Positions 35,290 to 47,560 are shown, counted from the whole stretch's first letter. The stretch: 62,957 bases of DNA, filler included, from Globobulimina sp. (GCA_003354225.1; 52 parts of 52 records of this genome joined end to end with filler, not necessarily neighbours in it); one strand, 5' to 3'. The notes: generated by a model from the sequence alone, not told the origin. Program-made: numbers and translations.

Positions 35290-36253
35290 AAACCAGAAAA
35301 ACTTCCATTTTAAGCCGTGCGAATTGACTAAAAAGGAATCTTTGATTTTCATCTCGTCGTCGAACATCGAACTGAATATAATATAACGGACATTCCACTC
35401 CAAGACACTGCCCAAATATCCAAGTTCCGCCTCCTCCGACGCCACACTCTCATTTTCCTCCTTATTACGCAGCAAAGCGTCTTCTTCCGCTTCGGCGTTG
35501 AATTTCAATTTGAAGTTTCTTTTTTTTTTCATTTTCATTTTTTTGGGTTTAAATTTGCTTTTTTTTTGTTTTTGTGTGGGGAATGAATATTTGTTTCGAT
35601 TGGAAGTGGGCGACCGCGAAAAGGCGGCGGTGTTTGCGGGGAATCTGAAGTCCAAAATGCGTTTGTTTATGAATGCGATGATGTAGTTTTCTTTGCGTAA
35701 GATTCTGTTGGTTATGTCCAAGGCGTCTAAGTATTTGTTGTGGTACAGACGGATCGACTTCTTTTGCAGCGACACGATGTTGTTTATAACCGAGGACCAT
35801 GGCAGTTGCCGCAATAACTCGTCATTTATGTTTAATTTGTCCGCGTAGAATGACTGTGTGGTGGCCAGCGACGTTAAGGAAGCGACCAAGTTCAATAAAT
35901 GCCAAATGAAATATAAGATGAACACAATGGTGTAAATCACCACAATGGCGCCGAATATCCTATTTTTGACGATGTTGTTTTGGATCAACACAACATTCTT
36001 GCATTCCCCATCAGATTTGCCGCAGCTGATCACGCGATGCCAGTCAATAAAACCAACCAAAAACACTGAAAATGAGATGGTGAAGGCGATGGTGATGAGG
36101 TTGGAGATTTTGGAGTAAATTATGGACCAAAAGCCGCCTTGTTTGTGGTACTCGTAAATGTGATTAAAATAAGTGTCCAAATTTTTGATTGATAAAAATT
36201 CTCGCGAGGCATGAGCCTCTTCGTCGTCTTCTAGATATCTTTCTGGATATCGG
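35290..36253 (-). CDS. ATG9: Autophagy-related protein 9 (partial)
   Basis: IKNLDTYFNHIYEYHKQGGF, ITIAFTISFSVFL..IDW, LDITNRILRKENYIIAFINK, LEWN. Confidence 0.93.
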
Positions 36254-36393
36254 CTACACGTAAAGGGGCAGATGTTAATTTTTGGATTTTTATNNNNNNN
36301 NNNNNNNNNNNNNNNNNNNNNNNNNNNNNNNNNNNNNTTAATTAATTAANNNNNNNNNNNNNNNNNNNNNNNNNNNNNNNNNNNNNNNNNNNN

Positions 36394-37005
36394 TATGGCG
36401 GATTTGTTGGTTTACACACAGGAATTAAAAAAGATGTAATGACATTAAGTATTGATACTCGGTTTGATGATAACATGGACAAATATTTGACAGAGTGGAT
36501 AAAAGACCCAACAGATACGGACGAGTTAATAGTAATGACGACGAGATATGTTATGGAGAATGCCAATTCGTATTCTGATGCTATCAAACATTTACAGAAT
36601 GTTTCCCTGGTATGTCCAGCATACATTATTTTAGGCGGTTTAAAGGCGGGCGAAGGTGCAGTATTAACCTATGGACCACATAGGACTATATTCAATGAAT
36701 GGGGATATCCGAATGGAATGACATTGCCACAAAATGATAGTGGCCAACCCCCATTTTATGTGTTGGAAACCAACTATGATAATTGGGAGGAGCCACCATT
36801 TTATGATGATAGAAGGTATCCAGCCGAAAAGTGTATGGATGAAATTGGTGCAAAGGGGATGGACGTTGCGTCATTATATAATGTATTAAACGGTCTTCCA
36901 AATAGAAATCGTTTAACAACATTTACTTCATTAATGCATGCCAAAACTGGTCATTTGGAAGCATATAAACAATATTGTACAGAAAAAGATTGTATTCCTT
37001 GGTAA
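36394..37005 (+). CDS. Acid ceramidase / NAAA family (3' part)
   Basis: GFVGLHTG, PAYIILGG..GEGAVLT, LETNYDNW..PFYDDRR.PA, NRLTTFTSLM, CIPW. Confidence 0.92.
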   Translation, partial: YGGFVGLHTGIKKDVMTLSIDTRFDDNMDKYLTEWIKDPTDTDELIVMTTRYVMENANSYSDAIKHLQNVSLVCPAYIILGGLKAGEGAVLTYGPHRTIFNEWGYPNGMTLPQNDSGQPPFYVLETNYDNWEEPPFYDDRRYPAEKCMDEIGAKGMDVASLYNVLNGLPNRNRLTTFTSLMHAKTGHLEAYKQYCTEKDCIPW

Positions 37006-37718
37006 ATGTTAGCACATAAATATTTTGTTTCGCACATAAATAATTTGAATCGGACTTCTGTGAAAATTATACTAGTACCTTACTTGAAAGATTTTCACAG
37101 AATCGGACTTACGTATACATCACAGTAAGTTGGTAAAATTCCCAAATCTGTAGAATTCGATGATTTGTGCTCTTGTAATATTAATATGATGGGTTCATTA
37201 CAATCAATCAAATTATATCAATCACAAAAAAACGTTTTATTAAAACCAGGATGGAAAACAAAAAGAAAAAAAAATAACAACAGGCTAGAGATGATTACAA
37301 ATGCGATATATGATATTTTATTATATCGATGTTCATACATTATAAATAAAACCATCGTTATAATCAACAAAATAGGTACGCGTCACATGAATGAATTGAA
37401 GAATACAAAAAAATTAAAACTTAAAAAAAAGAATGGAGGACAAAAAAAAACACACAAGTTCAATAATAAATACATCATAGGATTCATATCAATTAAAGTT
37501 TATACNNNNNNNNNNNNNNNNNNNNNNNNNNNNNNNNNNNNNNNNNNNNTTAATTAATTAANNNNNNNNNNNNNNNNNNNNNNNNNNNNNNNNNNNNNNN
37601 NNNNNAACATAAAACTAAAATTAATCACTTAAATGTAAATTTGAGTCATGTAGCTGTGATATAGATCGATCAATTTGTCTTTTGAACAAAACAAAAAATA
37701 CAACTACTGCTACAACTG

Positions 37719-38717
37719 TCAACGTAACTGGAACCTATTTATATATATATATAAAGAAAACGAGCAAAATGAAAGTGTTACAAACCACAAATGCAAATAT
37801 AACTTAACTGCAATAGACACGGCATAAACCGCCGCCATATCGTTAAATTCATTATGAATTATATTATAAAAACATTCGCTAATCGTAATGTTAACAACAA
37901 AATGAAAAAACCATGGAAACATTAATATTTGTCCAAATGCAATCGTATGTTCCAATATAAATCTTCTCACAAAACCAATTCCCCATAAACCACCAATCAC
38001 AGTATGCAAAGGAACAATGCACAAACCATAAATCACTGACAGTAACACTGGATATAACTTGTCATTATACACAAATGCTTTTGGTATATAATGTAACAAC
38101 GCAAATCTGTAATCATATATCAATTCTACATTGCCACTATTTTCCTGCTGCAATATAGATGTTGCGTTTCCTTACATATATGATATAGAAATATATAATG
38201 AGTGCAAGGATATGCGTATATAGTTAAGTCACATACCAATTAAACATAGAGCTAGAAATCCCTTCGCAATGCCTATTCCGCTTGCATTTAAACTACAATT
38301 TAACACTAATGTATTGATTGAAGAGGTGGAGGCTCCCAAACCATGAAACCTTTGAATTGCTCGATGACATAAATAACATTTTACGATTTCTTCAATTAAT
38401 GAGGATAAGACAAGTGCAGTGAATACAATTTGTTCCTGCCCAAAATCATGAGTACCATAGTGATGACTGTCATTTTGTAAGGCTGCTGGTGGCATAATCA
38501 ACGGCATTGTACAGTTAACTGTGGTGAGTGTAATGTATACCGATAAGCCACCGACCCAGAAACCCCACGATAAGTTGTTTATAAATGATGGAATATTGGA
38601 TATATCAAAGATGTATTGTTTGGGTAAAAATATAAATATGAATAATAAACAGGGGCAGAAAAATACAATGGGAAAATAATAAAATATATCGTCATTGAAA
38701 TACATTCCACCAAAGAT
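37719..38717 (-). CDS. PrsW-like intramembrane metalloprotease-family protein, multi-exon
   Basis: SLIEEIVK, VPLH, PWFFHFVVN; intron around 38172-38236. Confidence 0.65.
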
Positions 38718-38817
38718 NNNNNNNNNNNNNNNNNNNNNNNNNNNNNNNNNNNNNNNNNNNNTTAATTAATTAANNNNNNNNNNNNNNNNNNNNNNNNNNN
38801 NNNNNNNNNNNNNNNNN

Positions 38818-39020
38818 AATAGTTTTATTTTTGGGTTTCACAAAAAAAAAGTAGGAAAAGTTTTATTTTTGGGTTTCACAAAAATAAAGTATGAATAGTT
38901 TTATTTTTGGGTTTCACAAAAATAAAGGATGAATAGTTTTATTTTTGGGTTTCACAAAAAAAAAGTAGGAAAAGTTTTATTTTTGGGTTTCACAAAAATA
39001 AAGTAGGAAAAGTTTAATTT
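38818..39020. repeat. 38-bp tandem repeat with a hairpin in each unit, about 5 copies
   Basis: Unit aaaagttttatttttgggtttcacaaaaataaagtagg; tttatttttg and caaaaataaa are reverse complements. Confidence 0.95.
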
Positions 39021-39137
39021 TTACGAATTCCATTAAACCATTTTCTATTAAGTATGCTGTGTGAAACTCAATGCAAAAACTTTCTTACATTCCGACAAGT
39101 AAAATGATATATAAATTAAGTTTTAAAAAAAACAGAA

Positions 39138-39929
39138 TCAGTCAGAATCAGAATCATTTTGATTAAATAATGCATTGACCCTTTGGTGATAGGGTGCCAG
39201 CCTTTTGCTTTTCTTATTTCTTTTCTGTTTTTGCAATCTAACATTGATCACTTTATTTTTCCTAATTTGCGTGACAATTAGTGCCAATCCGTGGCGATTG
39301 CCAGCCAACAATTGACTACATTTAGTTTTAGTGATTGAAGGTTTCATATTTAAGCGAACTTCCAATACTTCAACACACGCAATTAACTGTGGCAAAGTAT
39401 AAACTTTCTGAGCTCGCCTCAGTAATTTCCGAATATCCCAATTCTTTTTATTTTCATCTCCATTCAAATATTCCTCACAAAACATCAAAATATGATCATT
39501 TATACTTCGCGTCTGAACAACACCATATTTTTCAACATATCTCAAATATTCCCAACACATTTTAATTCCGTTTCTATTACATTTATAATCCGATCCCCGT
39601 TTAAAATCAAAAATGTACGGATTCCGCAGTATGCCGTTTGCACTCATTACTCCATCACATTTAGTAAACTTTAATGTGAATTTAACATCTTGCGTTGTCT
39701 CAATATTTCCATTTGATATTATTGGCAATCTCAAACCTTTCAAAGTGTAATGTTTTTTGATTAATTTTATACATTCTAAATCAGCCGGGCCTTCGTGCCT
39801 TGTTTTTTCTTTTCTTCTGCCATGAATTGCAAGCAATGATATTCCAGAATTAATTAACATATCAATAAAAGCAATGCTTTGTTCAATGCTGTCCAATAGC
39901 CGTATTTTAGCAGAAATTGGTAATTTTAC
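39138..39929 (-). CDS. tRNA-dihydrouridine synthase (DUS1-like), 3' part
   Basis: PISAKIR, LAIHGR, GPAD..I, PIISNGNI, CDGVMSANGILRNP. Confidence 0.9.
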   Translation of the reverse strand, partial: VKLPISAKIRLLDSIEQSIAFIDMLINSGISLLAIHGRRKEKTRHEGPADLECIKLIKKHYTLKGLRLPIISNGNIETTQDVKFTLKFTKCDGVMSANGILRNPYIFDFKRGSDYKCNRNGIKMCWEYLRYVEKYGVVQTRSINDHILMFCEEYLNGDENKKNWDIRKLLRRAQKVYTLPQLIACVEVLEVRLNMKPSITKTKCSQLLAGNRHGLALIVTQIRKNKVINVRLQKQKRNKKSKRLAPYHQRVNALFNQNDSDSD

Positions 39930-40029
39930 NNNNNNNNNNNNNNNNNNNNNNNNNNNNNNNNNNNNNNNNNNNNTTAATTAATTAANNNNNNNNNNNNNNN
40001 NNNNNNNNNNNNNNNNNNNNNNNNNNNNN

Positions 40030-40977
40030 GTTAAATTTAAGTTAAAGAATGTGGGTCAAATTTCAATTGGAACTGTAAAAGCAGATAAAAATAAATTATT
40101 AACTGAATGGATTGAACATTGTGATGCAAAGCAAGATTGTTCAGTATTAACCACACAAACTAACAAATATATATTTGCGGTGTTTGATGTCAATAAAAAA
40201 CACCAGACATCCATAGCAGTCACAACATTTCATGTTAGATTGGATCAGAATGGCAATGCAGATCCGAATGAAAGTTATTTAGAATTTGATAAAATGAAAA
40301 AGGGCGAAACAAAATCTTTTTCAAAAACATATGCAAATTATCCGAAAAAAACCATGAAGATACTTTTTAACAAACAAATATTTAATGCAGATTATGAATG
40401 TACAATAAGTGAGACAAATGCAGTCATTGTCGTTATTTGGGCACAGCAAACTATGGTAGCATATCAATCATTGGTCACTGATCAAAAAGATGCAATACAG
40501 CGAGTATTTGATGCATTTGCTGATAAACAAAGTAGTATGAAGACAAAAAATGAATTTATACGGGATATTGATGGTGGATTTGAGACGTATTGTTCGACAA
40601 AAGTAAGGGACCGAGGTGAAGTGTTAAAATGTGGCGGGAGATGTAAGAAAAAATGTGATGTATTTAAACAAGAAACAAAGATTGTGCGGTTTCCAGAAGT
40701 ATTAATATTTGCAATTGATCGATATATCAATGATCAGAAATTTACGAAAGTTGTTGGTTATCAGGAATATGAAACATTTGATGGGAATAAGTATGAATTA
40801 TATGCAGTGTGTAATCATTCGGGTGGTTTGGGATATGGACATTATTGGGCATTTGTTAAAGGAATTGATGATAATATTTGGTATAATGCAGATGATGCAA
40901 GAATAAATAAAATGGATGTTAATAGAGTTATGGGTCAAGCAACTGCGATTTTATTGTTTTATAAAAGATCAAAATAA
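40030..40977 (+). CDS. Ubiquitin-specific protease (C19), His-box half
   Basis: FPEVLIFAIDRY, YELYAVCNHSGGLGYGHYWAF, WYNADD, AILLFY. Confidence 0.9.
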   Translation, partial: VKFKLKNVGQISIGTVKADKNKLLTEWIEHCDAKQDCSVLTTQTNKYIFAVFDVNKKHQTSIAVTTFHVRLDQNGNADPNESYLEFDKMKKGETKSFSKTYANYPKKTMKILFNKQIFNADYECTISETNAVIVVIWAQQTMVAYQSLVTDQKDAIQRVFDAFADKQSSMKTKNEFIRDIDGGFETYCSTKVRDRGEVLKCGGRCKKKCDVFKQETKIVRFPEVLIFAIDRYINDQKFTKVVGYQEYETFDGNKYELYAVCNHSGGLGYGHYWAFVKGIDDNIWYNADDARINKMDVNRVMGQATAILLFYKRSK

Positions 40978-41267
40978 TATGTGTAGATAGGAAATCGGAT
41001 GAAAAATCCGATGAAATCATGCAAATTTTGACTGAGAGTTTTTGAAATTGAAGTTTTTTTCAACAACACCTTTATCATCCCTTCGCTTCATTCGCCAACC
41101 TGTATGATATTTGTCCTTTTGTTGCGTCACATAACTCACAANNNNNNNNNNNNNNNNNNNNNNNNNNNNNNNNNNNNNNNNNNNNTTAATTAATTAANNN
41201 NNNNNNNNNNNNNNNNNNNNNNNNNNNNNNNNNNNNNNNNNCTTGAAAAAAAAAAACACCTTCTAAA

Positions 41268-42353
41268 ATGATGAGCAAACATAAAATTGCAATGTTTTTA
41301 GGATGTTCAGTTGGTTTGATAATCTATGCTAAATTAGCATTATATTATGAAAAGAATTGCAAACCTCCTCGTCAATATTCAACCAAAAAGTTTGTAAAAC
41401 CTGAAAATAATAAACAAGAGACAGTCAACAAAACAATACGAAATGGCTTTACAAAGAAGAAAATCCCCAAAAATATTGATGCAATTATAATTGGTTCGGG
41501 CATCAGTGGTTTAACTGTTGGTGCATTGTTATCATTAATTGGTAAACGAGTATTGGTATTGGAACAACATTATATCGCTGGTGGATGCACGCATTCATTC
41601 CAAGAAAAAGGTGTTGAATTTGATACGGGAATACATTACGTTGGTAATATGGGAAAAAATTCAAAGTCAACCACCAAAAAAGTGTTCGATTTAATAACTA
41701 ATAATAAAGTAAAATGGTATCAAATGGGTTCGGAGTTGACAGAAAACAAAAACTGTTATGATGAGATAATAATTGGTGATAAAAAATATAATTTAAGAGC
41801 AGGAAAAGAAGAATGGCTGAATGAGATTAAAAAACATTTTGAAAAAGAGCAAGTCAAAGAAGCTGCAAATTTTTTGAATGAAGAAATATTAAAATCTAAA
41901 AAGTACTTAGACGATTATTTTGAATCTAAAGTCATAAAATATAAATGTTTACAAACATTATATTTAAAATTATTTTGCAGCAAATTTTTTGACGGATTGA
42001 AGGAAACTTCAGTCGCATTGGTGGAGAGATACACAAAAAATAAAGATTTACAACATTTATTATTGGCATTGACCAACGATGTGTGCACAAATCCAAATGT
42101 ATTGCCAGGTTTATTTCTTTCCAATGTATTACATCATTATTTAAATGGGGGATATTATCCAAATGGTGGTTGTAAACAAATTGCCTATAATATTATTAAT
42201 ACAATAAAACAGTGTGGTGGACAAGTCTTAGTTCGTAAGAAAGTGAAACAAATTTTAATTGATCCAATCACAAAAAAAAAGGTAATTGGCGTTGAAATGG
42301 AAAATGGAATAAAAGTTTATTCAAATATTGTAGTATCAGCATGTGGTATCTTT
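41268..42353 (+). CDS. RETSAT: All-trans-retinol 13,14-reductase-like / phytoene desaturase-family FAD oxidoreductase (partial)
   Basis: DAIIIGSGISGL, VLVLEQHYIAGGCTHSF, EFDTGIHYVG, HYLNGGYYPNGG. Confidence 0.88.
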
Positions 42354-42580
42354 NNNNNNNNNNNNNNNNNNNNNNNNNNNNNNNNNNNNNNNNNNNNTTA
42401 ATTAATTAANNNNNNNNNNNNNNNNNNNNNNNNNNNNNNNNNNNNNNNNNNNNCATTATATCGGTTCACGTTTTTTGGAAACGTTACGTAAGAGAAATAT
42501 TCGGTATACATGGAGGGGGTTATCTATCTGAATATATCGTTGAACTATTTGAAGTTTTTAGCTTCAGTCAGTTTTTAATA

Positions 42581-43565
42581 ATGGGCAAGCGAAAGTTAGG
42601 AAGTCGTTATGAGTTAGGCCGCACACTGGGCGTAGGCGCCTTTGGAAAAGTGAAGAGCGCCACCAATTTAAAAACAGGAGAACAAGTCGCAATAAAAATA
42701 TTAAATCGTGCAGATATAAAAAAGCACGGCTTAATAAACAGTGTACGGACAGAAGTGACTGCCTTGCAACTAATCCCCCCACATAAACACATAGTAAATC
42801 TACTCGAAGTCTTAGAATCCAAAGCCACGTTATATTTAGTGTTGGAGTTAGTATCTGGCGGAGAATTATTTGACAAAATCAAGTTAGAAGGCAAATTAAA
42901 TGACGATGTCGCCCGACATTATTACCGACAGTTGATCTCAGCCTTAGAATTCATGCATGAACGCAAAATATGTCATCGAGACTTGAAATTAGAGAACTTA
43001 TTGGTTGATCAAGATGGAGTCCTGAAAGTGACCGATTTCGGCTTATCCGGCCTCCATACGGGCGGCGACGAAGTGTTTAAAACCACATTGGGTTCGCCCA
43101 ACTACGTGGCGCCGGAGGTGCTTATTGGTAGAGGCTACGACGGGTTTAAAGCCGATATATGGTCCTCCGGCGTCATATTATATGTGCTGTTGGCTGGCTG
43201 TTAAGTTAACGTTCTTCAAATATCCGCAAATTCGCACACACTCTGCACACTGCGCACTGCCCACAGTCTTACCCTTCGACGAAGACAACGCCAACGCGCT
43301 GTTTAAGAAGATCTGTACCGGCGACTTCCGGTACCCTCAGACCTTCAGCAACCAAGTCATCGACTTATTGAATAATATCTTGGTCGTCGACCCTGTCAAA
43401 CGCTACAATTTGACCGACATTAAAGCGCATGAATGGTTCCAGTCCGCCAAGGAAGAAGACGCCTACTTTGAGCCTGCGATGATGAACGAAGAGGCGCTGA
43501 TGATATCCGCCACGGCCATGGATACCATCCATCCTTCGCTCAAAACCTCGTTTGGGCACAGCGTG
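42581..43565 (+). CDS. SNF1/AMPK-related (CIPK-like) kinase; intron 43200-43266
   Basis: LGVGAFGKVK, HRDLKLEN, DFG, GSPNYVAPE, GYDGFKADIWS; splicing restores LAGFLPFDE. Confidence 0.95.
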
Positions 43566-44090
43566 NNNNNNNNNNNNNNNNNNNNNNNNNNNNNNNNNNN
43601 NNNNNNNNNTTAATTAATTAANNNNNNNNNNNNNNNNNNNNNNNNNNNNNNNNNNNNNNNNNNNNCGAGTTGAGGAGGATTTAAATGAGTTTGTATATAA
43701 TTTAGATTGGTTTATTATGCGATTGAAATCGATTTAAATCAAAGTTTAGATTATTTGGTTCCAGCTGGTGAGTTACTTCACTTAGTTCACTAAGCTGCTG
43801 TTGAAACCAGGTAGCGAATGGATGGTCTTATATAATTAGTAAATAAAGTGAGTTTAGTTTGTAGATGTTTATCCTTGCACCAGGTCGCTGCGCCGGTCGC
43901 GGTCGCGACGAACTGTAAAACACATTAGCGTCAAACGTGACAAAAAAACATGAATTGTGCATTTTAGTTAAACTTTAACAGTGGAAGTGATTACTTCGAC
44001 AAACAAAGAAGCAAACACACAACAAATGTCATCCAAAAAGTTGATGTAATTCGAATATTAATATTTATTATTTCTTATGTTTTTTTTTTG

Positions 44091-44777
44091 TTAAATAAAT
44101 TTATTTAATTTTTGATTAATTTTTTCAATCATTGCGTGATATAAATTATTTGTGCATTCATTTTGATATTTTTTAATATTTTCGAGCATTGAAATCCTTT
44201 CAATCTCATTCATATTCCATCCGTGCTGTGTTGCTGATAAATTTGATAATAATCTGATTGCGTATCCTTTTATTAATCCTCGTTTATGATTCAATAATAA
44301 ATTAATATTAGTAAATAATTTATAATCACCATTATTAAACGTATTTGTTTGTGTTTTTGCTAATTTCTCCAAAATTAATAGCACCATTCGCGACACACAA
44401 ACATCCGCATTTAATAATGATTCATTTATTAACTGTGTCATTAAATATGTATTTGAGGAAATATCAGCGCAAATTAACTCGTTTTCCATCATTGCGTCGT
44501 ATACGAAATTTAATTCATCCACAACAAATAAATCATTATTCACCAATGATTCCCGCAATTCGTTTAATTGCGTGTCACTGAAACGATTCTCATTATTCTT
44601 TTGCAGTGTTGGTACATTTAAATCTAATGAAATAAGATCAAATTCATTCACATTTGCTCCTTGATAATATCCTTTAATTTGAGCCCAAAATTTTGCAGAC
44701 GGCAAGGCATCGCCACTGCTTCTGCGAAATTCGAAGCGTGTGTTCCCAGATTGAGGCCAAATATAAATAACAAAAAA
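44091..44777 (-). CDS. C-terminal KA1-like plus helical (ARM-like) region
   Basis: RFEFRRSSGDA..SAKFW followed by helical repeats. Confidence 0.45.
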   Translation of the reverse strand, partial: FFVIYIWPQSGNTRFEFRRSSGDALPSAKFWAQIKGYYQGANVNEFDLISLDLNVPTLQKNNENRFSDTQLNELRESLVNNDLFVVDELNFVYDAMMENELICADISSNTYLMTQLINESLLNADVCVSRMVLLILEKLAKTQTNTFNNGDYKLFTNINLLLNHKRGLIKGYAIRLLSNLSATQHGWNMNEIERISMLENIKKYQNECTNNLYHAMIEKINQKLNKFI

Positions 44778-44877
44778 NNNNNNNNNNNNNNNNNNNNNNN
44801 NNNNNNNNNNNNNNNNNNNNNTTAATTAATTAANNNNNNNNNNNNNNNNNNNNNNNNNNNNNNNNNNNNNNNNNNNN

Positions 44878-45160
44878 GAAGGGCAATGTGAGCAAAGGAA
44901 AAGCGAATAAGAAACAGAAACAGAAACAGAAACAAGTATATTATGACAAGTTTACTGACTTTATATCGATTAGTAATTCAAAAACGATACATAATAATTA
45001 TACGTTTTCAAAAGAAAATGAATTGGAATCAAGGATTGAGGTCTTGGAAAATGAAAATATTATTTTAAAATCTGACCTACGTTCATTGAAACATTTAGTT
45101 CGCGATTTGACGAAGACAATGCAGCAAATGATTCAAGTACAGAGCTTGGAGCAAGAATAA
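44878..45160 (+). CDS. Coiled-coil C-terminus of an unknown gene
   Basis: LESRIEVLENENIILKSDLRSL heptads. Confidence 0.45.
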
Positions 45161-46393
45161 AGGATATATATTCTATGTATTTTTATTTTTATATATGCAC
45201 ATTCGTATTGATATTGTTTCTTTCATTCCATATGCTTTCATATATTTTGTGTCAGTATATATTATGTCTCATTTTATTTATTTTTTTATTTTTTTTTTCA
45301 ATATTTTTTTACTTTCCCTTTTTTTTTCATACATTTTCTATCTATCTTAAGTTTATATGTTGTAATGTTAATATTTTTTTTGTGTGTAGCTAGTGAATTA
45401 ATCTGTAGGTTTGGGTTTAAATGTGCCTTAAATGGGTAATTTGCAATTGGTAGTTTTATATATTTGTAGGAGTCCCATGAACTTAGCACGAGTGACATGA
45501 ACATTAAGTACGGAAAGAAAATATGATTCTGAAACCGCGCTTGCTGTGTATATGAACATCAAATATTATTTCCATTTCCTTATTGACCATACTTATTACA
45601 ACCAAAGGAATATACTTTACCAGTTTAATGATAATAATGTTGGATTGTCGTCTCTTTTGAGGACAATCCCATACAAGCATGGCATGTCAGAATTATTCTC
45701 AAAGTAAGCAAAAGAATTAAGAATAATATTTATCAATAAAATAAAGAAAAAGCAAAAGCAAAAGAAAAAAAGCAATTAAAAAAACACATCATAAAACCTT
45801 AAAAATATAATACAAAAAAAATAGAATAATAAAAATAATTAAATTAAATAACGATTTATCTTTGAATTTAACCTACGAGAATATTTTATTAAAGTATAAA
45901 AATAATATTTTTATATGCAACGTAATAGTAATTATAAATAGTTACAATATATCAGATATAAATATAAATATAAATGTCTAAATTTCTCTNNNNNNNNNNN
46001 NNNNNNNNNNNNNNNNNNNNNNNNNNNNNNNNNTTAATTAATTAANNNNNNNNNNNNNNNNNNNNNNNNNNNNNNNNNNNNNNNNNNNNAAAACGTTATA
46101 TGGTAACAAATGCGTTGCTGATTGACAGAAAAAAATGCTCAAAACCTTGAGAAACGTTTCTATCTGCAGCGGAACAGAAGAATCGCAAAGTTCCAAGATT
46201 CCAAAAGTCTACGGATCCTAAAACATGAACGACAATGATTATGAAAATTAGTATAAATGGCAGCATATTGTATAATTCATCAACATTACAGGTGTTCCAT
46301 TCGATAGCATTCTTTTTCTCTTCTTGTAGTTGCGATCCATACATTTTAATGTTTTTTTGGAAAAAGCCAGTGCTTTAGTTTTTTTTTTCAAAT

Positions 46394-47201
46394 ATGGGTA
46401 ACAATTCCTCTGCATCGTCAGCAAAGAAGAAAAGAAAGAGCTCTTCGAATAAATTGTTGCACAAAAGTCAGAATAAAAATACTAATAAAACAAATGCTAA
46501 GCAAGATCATGATTGGGTTTTAGATCGTATTGTACAATTTGTGCAGTCACCAGAATGTACGATGTTTGTTGATGGATTTATTGATGAACACTGCTTAATA
46601 TTTGATGCAAAGAATTGTAAAATCAACAGTGAATATACAAAAATTCATTTAGAATATAAGCGAATGATAGAAAGTTTATTAATATCCAAGTTATCAAAAT
46701 TAGGATTAACTGCCAAACAGTTTACAGAAGCAATGCAAAAAGCAAACAGTGCGAAAATTAATTTACATATTTTACAATATGTCACTGCAGTCGATGATTT
46801 TTCTTTATTTCAAAATATAATGACTCGACGAAATATTGAATTAGAAAAAGAAGCCCTTAAATATTTATCCCAACAAAATGTAAAAAGCAAACAAGTTAAT
46901 ATTCATAATATGACAGAACAAGAACAAATGGAATGGGCTTTAGCGGAATCAGCTGCATTTCAACAGCAGCAACAACAACAAATTATGCAATCATTACCAC
47001 ATTGCGAACAGTATGACATTATTCCATCCGCGCCATTTGCGAGCAGTGCACCACACAGTCCGCAGCAAAAAAATGAAGTTAATCATAAAAATCCATTTGA
47101 TATATGTCAACCAAAACGAATATCATTGAAACCATTGAAATTACACAAAGATGATACTGATAATATGTCCTTTGAAGGCATTAAAAATGATTGCGATTTG
47201 C
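46394..47201 (+). CDS. CFAP36: CFAP36-like BART-domain protein (partial)
   Basis: DWVLD..FVQSP..FIDEHCLIFD, EYTKIHLEYK..IE, AVDDFSLF..MTRRNIELEKEAL, EQEQMEWALAES. Confidence 0.8.
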
Positions 47202-47301
47202 NNNNNNNNNNNNNNNNNNNNNNNNNNNNNNNNNNNNNNNNNNNNTTAATTAATTAANNNNNNNNNNNNNNNNNNNNNNNNNNNNNNNNNNNNNNNNNNN
47301 N

Positions 47302-47545
47302 CGGGAACCGCCAAAGCTCATCAGGCAGGTGGTTAATCCAACAACCAGTAGCAAGCTGACTATGCCTCCCCGAGACAGAGACAGAAAGACAGCGGCTGCG
47401 CCTAAGATAATCACTATCAAGAGACCCCAGATGGGACGGGCCTCTCTGGAACCAAGAAAATCCATTATCTCAGCAGAATCAATGGTTCGATGACCCAAAA
47501 GCTCATAAACGTGAACGAATAGCAGCCCGATGAGCAAAACCCAGT
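47302..47545 (-). CDS. Bacterial O-antigen ligase-like fragment at contig end
   Basis: ILGAAAVFLSLSRGGIVSL; visibly more GC-rich than the rest of the contig. Confidence 0.7.
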
Positions 47546-47560
47546 TGTAGTGACATTCCC

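Noticed and set aside
38818-39020. Palindromic CRISPR-like repeat
   Set aside because: Units are contiguous with no unique spacers
43200-43266. Apparent programmed frameshift in the kinase
   Set aside because: A 67-nt intron restores LAGFLPFDE
43883-43910. GC-rich gtcgc repeat or hairpin, possible ncRNA
   Set aside because: Too short; no tRNA, snRNA or rRNA features recognised here or elsewhere in the window
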